Notes: generated by a model not told the origin, from the sequence alone. DNA of 33,449 nt from an uncultured Bacilli bacterium (GCA_934101605.1 CAKORS010000002.1:1-33449); one strand, 5' to 3'. Positions 7,279 to 16,914 are shown, numbered from the stretch's first letter. Made by a program: numbers and translations.

Positions 7279-7947
7279 TTATTTTTTTGCTAATAATTTT
7301 AAAGCTTGTTTAGCGGCCTCTTGTTCCGCCTCTTTTTTTGAACCTCCAACACCTGTTCCTAATGTTATACCATCAACAATAACAGACATTTCAAAGGTTT
7401 TATCATGTGATGGCCCTTCTTCTTTTAATAGAACGTATTCTAATGATTTTTTAGTTGTTTGAACAGCTTCTTGTAAAACAGTCTTATAATCATTAAATAA
7501 TAATACATTTTTATCTTCTATATATGGAACTATAATTTTAAGACCAATATTTTTAGCAGTTTCAAATCCCTGATCTAAATATATAGCAGCAATAAAAGCT
7601 TCAAATACATCTGCAACAATAGCTTTTTTAAAATTTCCCTTGCTTTTTTTCTCACCAACGCCAACTTTTATATATTTACTAAATCCTAAATCAGTAGCGT
7701 ATTCATATAAAGCGTTTTCACAAACATAACTAGCTCTAAGCTTTGTCATTTCTCCTTCATTATATTTTCCACTTTTGTATAAATAATCAGATACTATTAA
7801 ATCAACAATTGCATCTCCTAAAAATTCTAAAGTTTCATAAGAACTACTTAAATTCTGTTCATGCATAAAAGAAGTATGCGTAAAAGCTTGTTCATACAAA
7901 CTCATATTTTTAGGATTAATACCTAGTTTTTTTAATAATTTAATCAT
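7279..7947 (-). CDS. rnc: Ribonuclease III
   Basis: RNase III signature ETLEFLGDAIVDL. C-terminal dsRNA-binding domain (…GGSKKEAEQEAAKQALKLL). SD AAGGTGA lies 5 nt before ATG 7947; the tracked GTG at 7956 lies inside the SD. Confidence 0.92.
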   Translation of the reverse strand: MIKLLKKLGINPKNMSLYEQAFTHTSFMHEQNLSSSYETLEFLGDAIVDLIVSDYLYKSGKYNEGEMTKLRASYVCENALYEYATDLGFSKYIKVGVGEKKSKGNFKKAIVADVFEAFIAAIYLDQGFETAKNIGLKIIVPYIEDKNVLLFNDYKTVLQEAVQTTKKSLEYVLLKEEGPSHDKTFEMSVIVDGITLGTGVGGSKKEAEQEAAKQALKLLAKK

Positions 7948-7997
7948 TTGAATCACCTTAATAAAATAATAACATAAAATTATAAAAAATAAAATAA

Positions 7998-8026
7998 TTG
8001 CTAAAACAAATAATTAATAGTAAAAT
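7998..8026 (+). promoter_or_regulatory. Candidate sigma-A promoter for yidD
   Basis: TTGCTA, 17 nt, TAAAAT. Confidence 0.3.
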
Positions 8027-8042
8027 AATAGTGGTGGTATAA

Positions 8043-8273
8043 GTGAAATACATCATGATAGGCTTTATCAGAATTTATCAATTAATACCAGGTCCTTGGC
8101 ACAAAGCATGTAGACATCAACCGACCTGTTCTAATTATATGATAGAAGCATTAAAAGAATATGGAGTATTTAAAGGAACTTATTTAGGAATAAAAAGAAT
8201 ATTAAAATGTTCTCCATGGGGAACATCAGGATATGATCCTGTTCCGAAGAAAAGGAGTAAAAATGAAAAGTAA
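8043..8273 (+). CDS. yidD: Membrane protein insertion efficiency factor YidD
   Basis: FIRIYQ…[10 protein letters not shown]…[13 protein letters not shown] conserved YidD strings. GTG start 5 nt after GGTGG. Confidence 0.9.
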   Translation: MKYIMIGFIRIYQLIPGPWHKACRHQPTCSNYMIEALKEYGVFKGTYLGIKRILKCSPWGTSGYDPVPKKRSKNEK

Positions 8274-9138
8274 GAAATTTATTATTAAAATAACAACATT
8301 ACTATTATGCGTATTAGCATCAACTGGATGCATTAAGTTTTATGATATGGATAATGTAGAAATAGTTACAACAAATTATGCAACAGAATACGCAGTATCA
8401 AGATTATATGGAGAAAAATCAACTATCTCAAATATTTATCCATATGGTATGACTAGTGACAGTTATAAATTAACTGAAAAACAATTAAAAGATTACAGTA
8501 AAAAAGATATTGTAATATATGATGGTAATACGAATGATAAAGAAAATGTAAGAAAAATGTTAAAAAACAATAAAAATTTAAAAATAATTGATTCAACATA
8601 CGGAATAGAAAAATCAAAAGTGTCATCAGATTCTTGGTTAAATCTATCAGATTTTCTAATGATAGCACAAAATATAAAAGAAGAGTTAACAAGTTACATA
8701 AATAATAAGTATTTAACAAGTTCACTAGATGATAATTATGAATCTTTAAAAATAGATATAACATCACTTGAAGCTGCATTAAAATTAGCAGCGGATAATT
8801 CTGTTAATAAAAGTATTATAACAATTGATGAAAGTATGAAATTTTTAGAAAAATATGGATTTGAAGTAATTAATTTAACTGAAGATGGTAAAAATAATAA
8901 TTCGAATATTGATAAAGCTGAAGATTTATTAGATGCAGAAGAGCTAAGTTTTATATTTGTAACAGATGAAAATAACAGTAATAAAACTGTAGAAAAGTTA
9001 TTAGATAAATATGATATAAAAACTCTAACTTTTAAAACATTAAAAACTATATCAGAAAAAGATAAGAATAATAATGAAGACTTTTTAACAATTATGCAAA
9101 GTAATATTAACCTAATAACACAAGAAACATACCAATAA
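8263..9138 (+). CDS. Lipoprotein with a ZnuA/TroA-like solute-binding layout; canonical His metal ligands appear substituted
   Basis: SD AAGGAG precedes ATG 8263. Lipobox LASTGC. Collinear with the ZnuA family (VTTNY…, IVIYDGN, SDSWLN for DPHxWL, IDESMKF for FHDAFGY). Overlaps the yidD 3' end by 11 nt. Confidence 0.55.
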   Translation: MKSKKFIIKITTLLLCVLASTGCIKFYDMDNVEIVTTNYATEYAVSRLYGEKSTISNIYPYGMTSDSYKLTEKQLKDYSKKDIVIYDGNTNDKENVRKMLKNNKNLKIIDSTYGIEKSKVSSDSWLNLSDFLMIAQNIKEELTSYINNKYLTSSLDDNYESLKIDITSLEAALKLAADNSVNKSIITIDESMKFLEKYGFEVINLTEDGKNNNSNIDKAEDLLDAEELSFIFVTDENNSNKTVEKLLDKYDIKTLTFKTLKTISEKDKNNNEDFLTIMQSNINLITQETYQ

Positions 9139-9152
9139 TTGGTATGTTTTTT
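9128..9152 (+). terminator. Terminator hairpin shared by convergent genes
   Basis: CATACCAA-TAA-TTGGTATG (8-bp perfect stem; the loop is the stop codon of the lipoprotein gene), followed by TTTTTT. It abuts the ddl stop. Confidence 0.6.
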
Positions 9153-10113
9153 AAATATTTAAAGAAATAAGTTTATCTATTAACGAAGAAAAATCAATTC
9201 CTAAATCATTAATTAATGTTGGATACATACTAATAGATGTAAAACCAGGCATTGTATTAATTTCATTAAAATATATTTTATTTGAATTCTTTTCTAATAA
9301 AAAATCACATCTAGCTAAATCTTTACAACCTATGCTTTTATAAACATTATAAGCAATACTTTTTATTTCTTCTTCTAATTCTTCATTTATATCACTTACA
9401 ATACTAGTAGTAGTTTTATTAACATATTTATCTTGATAAGAATAAAAACTATTTTCGTTATTAATCTCTCCTAAATGACTAATCTTATTATCAAGTATTG
9501 CAACTTCAAGTTCTCTAGCATCAATAAATTTTTCTATTAATACTTTGTCATCATAAAGAAAAGCTTCTTTAATAGAACGTTCTAATTCATTAAAAGAATT
9601 AACTTTACTTATTCCAATACTACTACCAGAATTAGCAGGTTTCACCATACAAGGAAAACCTATTTTTTCATCTACATTCTCTAAAGTATCTTTATAATTA
9701 TAATTAAATTTATTTACAAAAATAAATGGAGCATTATTAATTCCCATACCATTTAAAATAAGTTTAAACAAAACTTTATCCATACAAACAGCACTTGAAA
9801 TAAGATTGCATCCGACATAATTAACACCCAAACAATCTAAAAGACCTTGTAATTTCCCATCCTCTCCATATTTGCCATGCATTATAGGAAAACAAACATC
9901 ACACCATTTACATAATTTTATGATATTACATTTTTTTCTTTTATAAAGTTTATTTATATCTCTAACTAAAAACCAATTATTATCATTATCAATATAAACA
10001 GTCTTAATATTATATTTACTTTTATTTATATTAGTTAAAATGCTTTTACAAGAAGAAATACTAATATCATGTTCATTACTTTTCCCTCCAAATAAAACTA
10101 ATAAATTAATCAT
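9151..10113 (-). CDS. ddl: D-alanine--D-alanine ligase
   Basis: N-terminal LFGGKSNEHDIS, HGKYGEDGKLQGLLD, and an ATP-grasp C-terminal half ending in NEINTMPGFT. SD AAGGAGG upstream. Confidence 0.92.
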   Translation of the reverse strand: MINLLVLFGGKSNEHDISISSCKSILTNINKSKYNIKTVYIDNDNNWFLVRDINKLYKRKKCNIIKLCKWCDVCFPIMHGKYGEDGKLQGLLDCLGVNYVGCNLISSAVCMDKVLFKLILNGMGINNAPFIFVNKFNYNYKDTLENVDEKIGFPCMVKPANSGSSIGISKVNSFNELERSIKEAFLYDDKVLIEKFIDARELEVAILDNKISHLGEINNENSFYSYQDKYVNKTTTSIVSDINEELEEEIKSIAYNVYKSIGCKDLARCDFLLEKNSNKIYFNEINTMPGFTSISMYPTLINDLGIDFSSLIDKLISLNI

Positions 10114-10185
10114 ATAAACCTCCTTATTAAATTATATTTTTATGTTTCAAAAATATATGATAAAATATAAAAGGAGGAATTAAGA

Positions 10186-11583
10186 ATGTATGATGTAGTC
10201 ATAATAGGAGCAGGTCCAGCGGGACTTTTCAGTTCCTATGAGTTAATAGAAAATAACAAAAATTTAAAAATATTATTACTGGATCAAGGTAAATTTGCAA
10301 AAAACAGAGTTTGCCCTATGAATAAAAATAAAATACCATGTATAAATTGTAAACCATGTAATATTATGTCAGGCTATGGAGGAGCAGGAACATTCTCAGA
10401 CGGTAAATTAAACTTTGTTCCAAAACTAGGAAAATCTGATTTGTATAAATATATGAATGAAGAAGAAGCAAATAACTTAATAGATGATACAGAGAAAATA
10501 TTTAATAAATTTAAAATGGACAGCGAAATCTATCCATCAAATATGAAAGAAGCAGAAGAAATAAAAAAGAAAGTAGCAGTATCAGGAGCTAAATTACTTC
10601 TTATAAAACAAAAACATCTAGGCTCTGATAATTTGCCTATATATATTGAAAATTTCACTAATTACTTAAAAGAAAAAGGTGTTATTGTAAAGGAAAACGC
10701 GGATGTTACAGATATTATAAGTATAAAAGAAGACGAACATGAAATAATATATAAAGAAAATAAAAAGAATGAAATAAAAGTAAAAACAAAAAATGTTATA
10801 GTAGCCCCTGGAAGAACTGGTGCAAAATGGATACAAGAATTGGCTGATAAATATAATATCCCATATATTTCCCAAAGTATAGAAATAGGAGTAAGGGTAG
10901 AAACACGTCGTGAAATTCTAGAAGATATTTGTAGCATTATTTATGACCCGACTATATTTATCAAAACAGATACATATGGTGATGAAATAAGGACATTTTG
11001 CACAAATCCTGGTGGATATGTAACAAAGGAAAATTATTATGGATACATATGTGTAAATGGGCATGCACTAAAATCAAAAAAATCAAATAATTCAAATTTT
11101 GCATTCATAAGTAAAGTAAGTCTTACAGAACCAGTTACAAATACGAGATTATATGGCGAATCAATTGCTAGAATTGCCAATGTTTTAGGAGACGGAAAAC
11201 CCATTATTCAGACCTTAAAAGATTTAAAAAACGGAAGAAGAAGTGAATGGCATAGAATAAACAAAGGGTTTATCACTCCAACATTAAAGGATTGTGTAGC
11301 AGGGGATCTAGCTTTAGTTTTACCGCATAGAATAATATCAAACATATTAGAAGGATTAGAAAAATTAGATAAAATTATTCCAGGTGTAAATAACGACGAT
11401 ACCTTATTATATGGGCCAGAGATAAAATTTTTCTCTAATGAAATAACTACAAATAATAAATTCAAAATAGATAATTTAAATATCTATTTTATAGGGGACG
11501 GTTCAGGAAAAGCTGGAAATATAGTAACAGCTGCAGCAACTGGTTTAGTAGCGGCAAGAGATATATTAAAAAACAACAAGTAA
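10186..11583 (+). CDS. FAD-dependent oxidoreductase-like protein (COG2509-type, function unknown)
   Basis: Rossmann dinucleotide motif DVVIIGAGPAGL at the N-terminus. C-terminal GDGSGKAGNIVTAAATG. Size and layout match uncharacterised FAD-dependent dehydrogenases of Clostridia. Confidence 0.75.
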   Translation: MYDVVIIGAGPAGLFSSYELIENNKNLKILLLDQGKFAKNRVCPMNKNKIPCINCKPCNIMSGYGGAGTFSDGKLNFVPKLGKSDLYKYMNEEEANNLIDDTEKIFNKFKMDSEIYPSNMKEAEEIKKKVAVSGAKLLLIKQKHLGSDNLPIYIENFTNYLKEKGVIVKENADVTDIISIKEDEHEIIYKENKKNEIKVKTKNVIVAPGRTGAKWIQELADKYNIPYISQSIEIGVRVETRREILEDICSIIYDPTIFIKTDTYGDEIRTFCTNPGGYVTKENYYGYICVNGHALKSKKSNNSNFAFISKVSLTEPVTNTRLYGESIARIANVLGDGKPIIQTLKDLKNGRRSEWHRINKGFITPTLKDCVAGDLALVLPHRIISNILEGLEKLDKIIPGVNNDDTLLYGPEIKFFSNEITTNNKFKIDNLNIYFIGDGSGKAGNIVTAAATGLVAARDILKNNK

Positions 11584-11599
11584 AATAATGGTTTCTAAC

Positions 11600-11628
11600 T
11601 TGATTTTTATAAAAAAATAATGTATATT
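11600..11628 (+). promoter_or_regulatory. Candidate sigma-A promoter
   Basis: TTGATT, 17 nt, TATATT. Confidence 0.3.
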
Positions 11629-11658
11629 TAGTATGAGTAAAATACGGGAGGTATTAAT

Positions 11659-12372
11659 ATGAATGAAGGAAATAATTTAGGAGATTTTCAAGCAGATGAC
11701 AGCACAAACGAAAATTCACAATATTATAATGAAGTAGGTTTTCAAGATTATAAAGGTAAAAATCCAATGTTAAAATATATAATTATTATTGCAATAATAG
11801 TTATTTTAACAATAGCTTTATTAGTATTTAGATCCTTACAAAATAGACCAAAATTAACAGATATAAAAATAGAATTTGACGAAATAATTTATGCTGAAAA
11901 AACAAGTAGTGTTAAAATAACAGCTCAAGGTAGTGGAAATTTATCAAAAACAACTTACAAAATAACAGCAGATAATAAAACTGTAAAATTATCCAAAGCA
12001 GAAGCAACTGGTGAAAAAATAAATCTTGATTTAACGCCACAAGAAAGTGGAACAATAAAGTTAAAAATAGAGGCAACTGCAGGATCAAAGAAAGTAACAA
12101 AAAACCAAAATTTTTATGTATGTAAAGAATTAAGTAATAAAAGTGTAGAAAAATCAAGCATAGAAATGAACATTAATGAATCATACATTATAACTGTTGA
12201 CTTAGGAGAAAATGCAAAATGTTACAGTAATGTTACATATGAATCAGAAAACGAAGAAGTAGCAACAGTAGATGAATACGGGAAAATAACTTCTATAAAA
12301 GAAGGAACAACAACTATAACAATAAAACAAGATAAAAATGAAATAAAATTAAATGTAACAGTGAAAAAATAG
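11659..12372 (+). CDS. Single-pass membrane protein with an extracellular Ig-like (Big_2-type) domain
   Basis: SD GGGAGG. Short acidic N-terminus, one TM (YIIIIAIIVILTIALLVF), and a C-terminal Big_2-like string YESENEEVATVDEYGKITSIKEGTTTITIK. Confidence 0.65.
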   Translation: MNEGNNLGDFQADDSTNENSQYYNEVGFQDYKGKNPMLKYIIIIAIIVILTIALLVFRSLQNRPKLTDIKIEFDEIIYAEKTSSVKITAQGSGNLSKTTYKITADNKTVKLSKAEATGEKINLDLTPQESGTIKLKIEATAGSKKVTKNQNFYVCKELSNKSVEKSSIEMNINESYIITVDLGENAKCYSNVTYESENEEVATVDEYGKITSIKEGTTTITIKQDKNEIKLNVTVKK

Positions 12373-12436
12373 GAAATGTTTCCTGTTTTTTTGTAATAAA
12401 AATAAAAAAAGTAACCATAATAAAAATGGTGATTAT

Positions 12437-13147
12437 ATGGAAATAATGGATCTTTTAAAAGTAACAGGTAGAGCTGTTCTTTCACTCATAACTTTATTTT
12501 TAATAACAAAAATGTTAGGAAAAAAGCAAGTATCTCAACTAAGTTTATTTGACTATGTAATAGGTATTTCAATAGGTAACTTTGCAGCAGAGATGACAAT
12601 AAACTTAGATTCACATATTGCTCATGGAACATTAGCGGTAATAATATTTGGTATAGTAGCGTATATAATATCAATATTAACAATGAAAAGTATATGTTTA
12701 AGAAGATATTTTATGGGTATACCAACAGTTTTGATAAGCAATGGAAAAATAGACGAAGGTGGACTTAAAAAAGTAAAATTTGATGTTAATGATTTATTAG
12801 AACAATGTCGTTCAGCTGGATATTTTGATATCTCAGAAATAAACTATGCAGTTATGGAAGGAAATGGAAAAATAAGCTTCTTAGCAAAAGACGAATATCA
12901 AACAGTAACAATGAAAGATATGAAATTAAAACCACAAAAAACTGGACTATGTGCCAATGTTGTAATTGATGGTAAATTAATGAAAGAAAACCTAAAGAAT
13001 ATAAATAAAACAGAAGAATGGTTAGAAAAAGAATTAGAAAAACAAAAAGTAAAAATGAGTGATTTATTACTAGCAATAGTAGATGTAAATGACAAAGTAA
13101 CAGTTTACAAAAAAAATGAAATAATGAGCAAAGATATATTGGAATAA
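12437..13147 (+). CDS. DUF421 (YetF/YdfS-family) membrane protein
   Basis: KKQVSQLSLFDYVIGISIGN motif and the overall two-part layout (TM N-half, soluble C-half) typical of DUF421. Confidence 0.8.
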   Translation: MEIMDLLKVTGRAVLSLITLFLITKMLGKKQVSQLSLFDYVIGISIGNFAAEMTINLDSHIAHGTLAVIIFGIVAYIISILTMKSICLRRYFMGIPTVLISNGKIDEGGLKKVKFDVNDLLEQCRSAGYFDISEINYAVMEGNGKISFLAKDEYQTVTMKDMKLKPQKTGLCANVVIDGKLMKENLKNINKTEEWLEKELEKQKVKMSDLLLAIVDVNDKVTVYKKNEIMSKDILE

Positions 13148-13192
13148 TTTACAAAAACACTATTTTATGTTAAGATTACTATGAGGTATGAT

Positions 13193-13603
13193 ATGAAGAA
13201 AATAGTGTTTTTATGTATTACATTTTTATGCTTAACTGGATGCTTTAGAGACCTTTATAAAAATGGAAAGTATGCAGAAGAAGCTCTTGATGCATGGTTT
13301 AATTACAATGAAAACGAAAAAGATTTAGGATCCACTAGAAGACAGTTAGAAAACATCTCAGAGATAAAAGAAAAAACTTGTAATTATGTTGATCATGATA
13401 AAAATAGAATATATATATACAAATGCAAAATAACATATACTCCGATAGGAGAAACCGTAATACCTCTATCAAAAAATGAAACAAAAACTATCTATGTAGC
13501 ATTAAAATTTGGGATAGGAACAAAATATGAATATCGAGTATATAACTCAAAAGAAAAAAATAAAGTATGGCTTAGAGATGATAATCTAGGCTATGGAAAG
13601 TAG
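13193..13603 (+). CDS. Small hypothetical lipoprotein
   Basis: SD GAGGT lies 5 nt before ATG 13193. Signal peptide with lipobox LTGC (MKKIVFLCITFLCLTGC). Confidence 0.65.
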   Translation: MKKIVFLCITFLCLTGCFRDLYKNGKYAEEALDAWFNYNENEKDLGSTRRQLENISEIKEKTCNYVDHDKNRIYIYKCKITYTPIGETVIPLSKNETKTIYVALKFGIGTKYEYRVYNSKEKNKVWLRDDNLGYGK

Positions 13604-13611
13604 GGAAAATT

Positions 13612-14130
13612 ATGTCAAAAAAAATATGGAGTATCATAATAGGAATTATATTTATAGTAGGTGGAATCTTTATTTTATTTAATCCAGCTACTAGTATCAA
13701 CAATTTAGTAAAATATATGGGAGTAATACTATTTATAGCAGGAATATTAAGAACAATATATTCATTAATAGATAAAGATTATAATTATTTATCAACAGGA
13801 ATAATGAATATAATATTTGGAATAATACTATTCTTTGCATCAAATATTACAATTAATTTAATATCAATTCTTTTAGCATCATTTTTAATAACTTCAGGTG
13901 TTTTATCATTAATTTTTGTTTATGCTTTACAATCACCAACTCTAAGTATGAACATATTAATAACAAGTATAATGAAAATACTAATAGGATTGATAATAAT
14001 AGCAACACCAATTATAACTTGGATATTTACAGGAATAACACTAGGAATAATTCTTATTATTATAGGTATAATTGTAATGTTTAGTTATAAAGATAAAGAA
14101 GTAGTTTACAAAGTAAAAATAAAAAATTAA
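13612..14130 (+). CDS. DUF308/HdeD-like membrane protein
   Basis: Six hydrophobic helices with the repeated G-I-x-x-I-x-x-G-I pattern and an N-terminal GIIFIVGGIFILFNP string, as in HdeD-family proteins. Confidence 0.7.
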   Translation: MSKKIWSIIIGIIFIVGGIFILFNPATSINNLVKYMGVILFIAGILRTIYSLIDKDYNYLSTGIMNIIFGIILFFASNITINLISILLASFLITSGVLSLIFVYALQSPTLSMNILITSIMKILIGLIIIATPIITWIFTGITLGIILIIIGIIVMFSYKDKEVVYKVKIKN

Positions 14131-14135
14131 AAAGT

Positions 14136-14168
14136 ATGTAAAACATCTTGTATTACATCTTTTTTTTA
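14136..14168 (+). terminator. Probable terminator
   Basis: ATGTAAAACA / TGTATTACAT stem (1 mismatch, 3-nt loop), followed by CTTTTTTTT. Confidence 0.45.
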
Positions 14169-14193
14169 TGCTATGATATTTTTGGTGATACAA

Positions 14194-14646
14194 ATGGAAT
14201 ATAAAATAACAACTCATGGTGAAGAAGAGACTATAGAATTAGCAGAAAATTTAGAATCAGAAAAATTTCCTAATATGGTAATTTGCTTAAAAGGAGATTT
14301 AGGAAGTGGAAAAACAGTATTTACAAAAGGATTTGCAAATGCACTTGGAATAGATGAAGTTATAACAAGTCCAACTTTTAATATTGTTAAAGAATATTAC
14401 GGAGGAGAAGCTCCATTATTCCACATGGATGTATATAGACTTGATGAGTCAAATGTTGAAATAAACTTTCAAGAATATTTCACAAAAAAAGGAGTTTGTA
14501 TAATAGAATGGGCAGATTTAATAGAAGATGAATTGCCTAAAAACAGATTAGAAATAATCTTTAAAACAGTATCAGAAGATACTAGAATTTTAATATTAAA
14601 ACCTTATGGAAAAAAATACGAAGACTTAGTGGAGGCTGTAATATGA
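14194..14646 (+). CDS. tsaE: tRNA t6A37 biosynthesis ATPase TsaE
   Basis: P-loop GDLGSGKT, SPTFNIV, HMDVYRL. SD GGTGA lies 5 nt before ATG 14194. Confidence 0.9.
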   Translation: MEYKITTHGEEETIELAENLESEKFPNMVICLKGDLGSGKTVFTKGFANALGIDEVITSPTFNIVKEYYGGEAPLFHMDVYRLDESNVEINFQEYFTKKGVCIIEWADLIEDELPKNRLEIIFKTVSEDTRILILKPYGKKYEDLVEAVI

Positions 14647-15266
14647 TAAGTCTTTTTTTAAATACATCATCACCATATTTACACGTTGCATTATTAAAAG
14701 ATAATAAGTTATTAAAAGAAAAAAATGAATATCTAGCAAAAGATTTATCTTCAATGGCTTTACCTACCATAAAAGAAGTAATTGAAGAATGTGATTTTAA
14801 ACCAAATGATATAGATAATATCGTTTGTGTTGAAGGTCCTGGATCTTTTACAGGATTAAGAGTAGGGGTGACAATTTCAAAAATATATGCTTGGAGTCTA
14901 AATAAAAAATTATATAGTGTATCATCATTATTTGTAATGGCAACATCTATAAAAGATAGTGATTATATTATTCCTTTAATAGATGCAAGAAGAAATTTCT
15001 GCTATGCTGGTATATATGATAAAAATTATAAACCAATATTAAAAGATTGTTATATAGGAATAAATAAATTAAAAGAATTAGCTAATGATTTAGAAGGCAA
15101 AGTATCATTTGTATCTTTAGATAGTTTTGATGACATAAATGTCATAGAATTTAAACCAAATATAGAAAATACGTTTAAACATATAATCTTAAAAGAAGAA
15201 GATCCTTTCACATTTGTTCCAAATTATTTAAAAAGAACTGAAGCAGAGGAAAATCTAAATAAATGA
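14643..15266 (+). CDS. tsaB: tRNA t6A37 biosynthesis protein TsaB
   Basis: YeaZ-type strings (GPGSFTGLRVG). ATGA start/stop overlap with tsaE. Confidence 0.88.
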   Translation: MISLFLNTSSPYLHVALLKDNKLLKEKNEYLAKDLSSMALPTIKEVIEECDFKPNDIDNIVCVEGPGSFTGLRVGVTISKIYAWSLNKKLYSVSSLFVMATSIKDSDYIIPLIDARRNFCYAGIYDKNYKPILKDCYIGINKLKELANDLEGKVSFVSLDSFDDINVIEFKPNIENTFKHIILKEEDPFTFVPNYLKRTEAEENLNK

Positions 15267-15640
15267 TACAAGAGATAGAAAAAAACAAAATAAAAAATTT
15301 CAAAATTATAAGTAAAGATAATCCATTTACTAAGTTTTTTGCTTATATCATAAATGATAACATAGTAGGGTTATTAGAGTTTAATCATTTATATGAACAT
15401 TTAGATATATCCTATATTTATGTTATAGAACAAGAAAGAAATAAAGATATAGCAACAAAACTATTAAAACATTTAATAGAATATGGAAAAATAAATAATT
15501 GTGAAAATATAACTTTGGAAGTAGATGAAAAAAATATAAAGGCATACAATCTTTATAAAAAATTAAATTTCAAAGAAGTAGCAATAAGAAAAAACTATTA
15601 TAAACATAGTGACGGGATACTAATGGAGTTGATATTATGA
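15263..15640 (+). CDS. rimI: GNAT acetyltransferase, RimI-like (ribosomal-protein-alanine N-acetyltransferase)
   Basis: Small GNAT fold (…ITLEVDEKNIKAYNLYKKLNFKEV…) in the conserved tsaE-tsaB-rimI-tsaD position. ATGA overlaps on both sides. Confidence 0.75.
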   Translation: MIQEIEKNKIKNFKIISKDNPFTKFFAYIINDNIVGLLEFNHLYEHLDISYIYVIEQERNKDIATKLLKHLIEYGKINNCENITLEVDEKNIKAYNLYKKLNFKEVAIRKNYYKHSDGILMELIL

Positions 15641-16641
15641 AAGATATTTACATACTAGGAATAGAATCAAGCTGTGATGAGACAAGCTGTTCCATTGTAA
15701 AAAATGGTCATGAAGAAATATCTACAGTTATTTTAAGTCAGATAGATATTCATACTTTATATGGAGGAGTTGTTCCTGAAATAGCTAGTAGAAATCACGT
15801 AAAAGATATTACATTTGTAATAAATAAATGTCTTAAAGATGCAAATTTAACAATGAAAGATATAAGTGCAGTAGCAGTAACATATGGACCTGGATTAATA
15901 GGATCACTTTTAGTTGGACTAGAAGCTGCAAAAACTTTAGCATATGTAAATGATTTACCATTAATAGGAGTTCATCATATAAGAGGACATATCTATGCTA
16001 ATAATATTGAAAAAGAAATGAAATTTCCTCTTATGGCTTTAATAATAAGTGGAGGTCACACTAAGCTTATTTATATGAAAGATCACTTCGATTTTAAAGA
16101 AATAGGCGGAACACTAGATGATGCAGTAGGGGAATGTTTTGATAAAGTAGCCCGTGTTATAGGAGTAGGTTATCCAGGTGGACCAGTTATAGATAAACTA
16201 GCAAAACAAGGAGAATCGACATATCATTTACCAACACCACTTCAAGATGATAGTCTAAACTTCTCATTTAGTGGACTTAAAAGTGCAGTAATAAATTTAG
16301 TTCATAATGAAACACAAAGAAACAACGAAATAAATAAAGAAAATTTATGTGCTTCATTTGAAAAAGCTGTTGTAGATTCTCTAACGACAAAAACAATAAA
16401 TGCGATGAAAAAATATAACTGCAAAAATCTTATTTTAGCAGGAGGAGTAGCAGCAAATACTAAAATACGTGAAGAATTTGAAAAATTAAGTAAAAAAGAA
16501 AACTTTGAATTTTCATATCCAAGTATGAAATATTGCACAGATAATGCCACTATGATTGCAGCAGCAGGATACTTTTTATATAAAGAAAATAAAACATCTA
16601 ATTTAAACTTAAATGGAAAATCAAGCGATATTCTACGTTAA
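15637..16641 (+). CDS. tsaD: tRNA N6-adenosine threonylcarbamoyltransferase TsaD
   Basis: ILGIESSCDET N-terminus, metal-binding GVHHIRGH, and a YPGGPVID string. Confidence 0.95.
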   Translation: MKDIYILGIESSCDETSCSIVKNGHEEISTVILSQIDIHTLYGGVVPEIASRNHVKDITFVINKCLKDANLTMKDISAVAVTYGPGLIGSLLVGLEAAKTLAYVNDLPLIGVHHIRGHIYANNIEKEMKFPLMALIISGGHTKLIYMKDHFDFKEIGGTLDDAVGECFDKVARVIGVGYPGGPVIDKLAKQGESTYHLPTPLQDDSLNFSFSGLKSAVINLVHNETQRNNEINKENLCASFEKAVVDSLTTKTINAMKKYNCKNLILAGGVAANTKIREEFEKLSKKENFEFSYPSMKYCTDNATMIAAAGYFLYKENKTSNLNLNGKSSDILR

Positions 16642-16685
16642 TATAATAAAAAATGAAAAAAAATTAAAAAAATTTCATTTTTTTA

Positions 16686-16714
16686 TTGCAAAATACATAA
16701 AAGTATAGTAACAT
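16686..16714 (+). promoter_or_regulatory. Candidate promoter of the tRNA cluster
   Basis: TTGCAA, 17 nt, TAACAT, about 24 nt upstream of tRNA-Ile. Confidence 0.3.
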
Positions 16715-16737
16715 TAATATTGCTTAAGTTTATGAAT

Positions 16738-16814
16738 GGGCTTGTAGCTCAGTTGGTTAGAGCACTCGTCTGATAAGCGAGAGGTCGATGGTTCAAGTCC
16801 ATCCAGGCCCACCA
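16738..16814 (+). tRNA. tRNA-Ile (anticodon GAU)
   Basis: GGGCTTG acceptor, anticodon loop CTGATAA, T-loop GGTTCAAGTCC, encoded CCA. Confidence 0.9.
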
Positions 16815-16829
16815 TTAAGTTTAATATAT

Positions 16830-16906
16830 GCCTCAATAGCTCAGTTGGTTAGAGCATTTGACTGTTAATCAAAGGGTCACAGGTTCGAGTCCTGTTTGAG
16901 GCGCCA
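16830..16906 (+). tRNA. tRNA-Asn (anticodon GUU)
   Basis: Acceptor GCCTCAA/TTGAGGC, anticodon stem TTTGA/TCAAA with loop CTGTTAA, T-loop GGTTCGAGTCC, CCA. Confidence 0.9.
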
Positions 16907-16914
16907 TTTTTTTT

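Noticed and set aside
7256-7462. A 68-aa plus-strand ORF.
   Set aside because: It is antisense to the 3' part of rnc (the dsRBD region). It has no RBS and begins within the rnc terminator region.
14644-14646. Possibility of a Mollicutes-type genetic code (TGA read as Trp), given the extreme AT content and small genes.
   Set aside because: TGA closes tsaE, tsaB and rimI at exactly the expected protein lengths, each with a coupled ATGA restart. Trp is encoded by TGG throughout, and the SASP gene points to an endospore-forming lineage, which uses the standard code.
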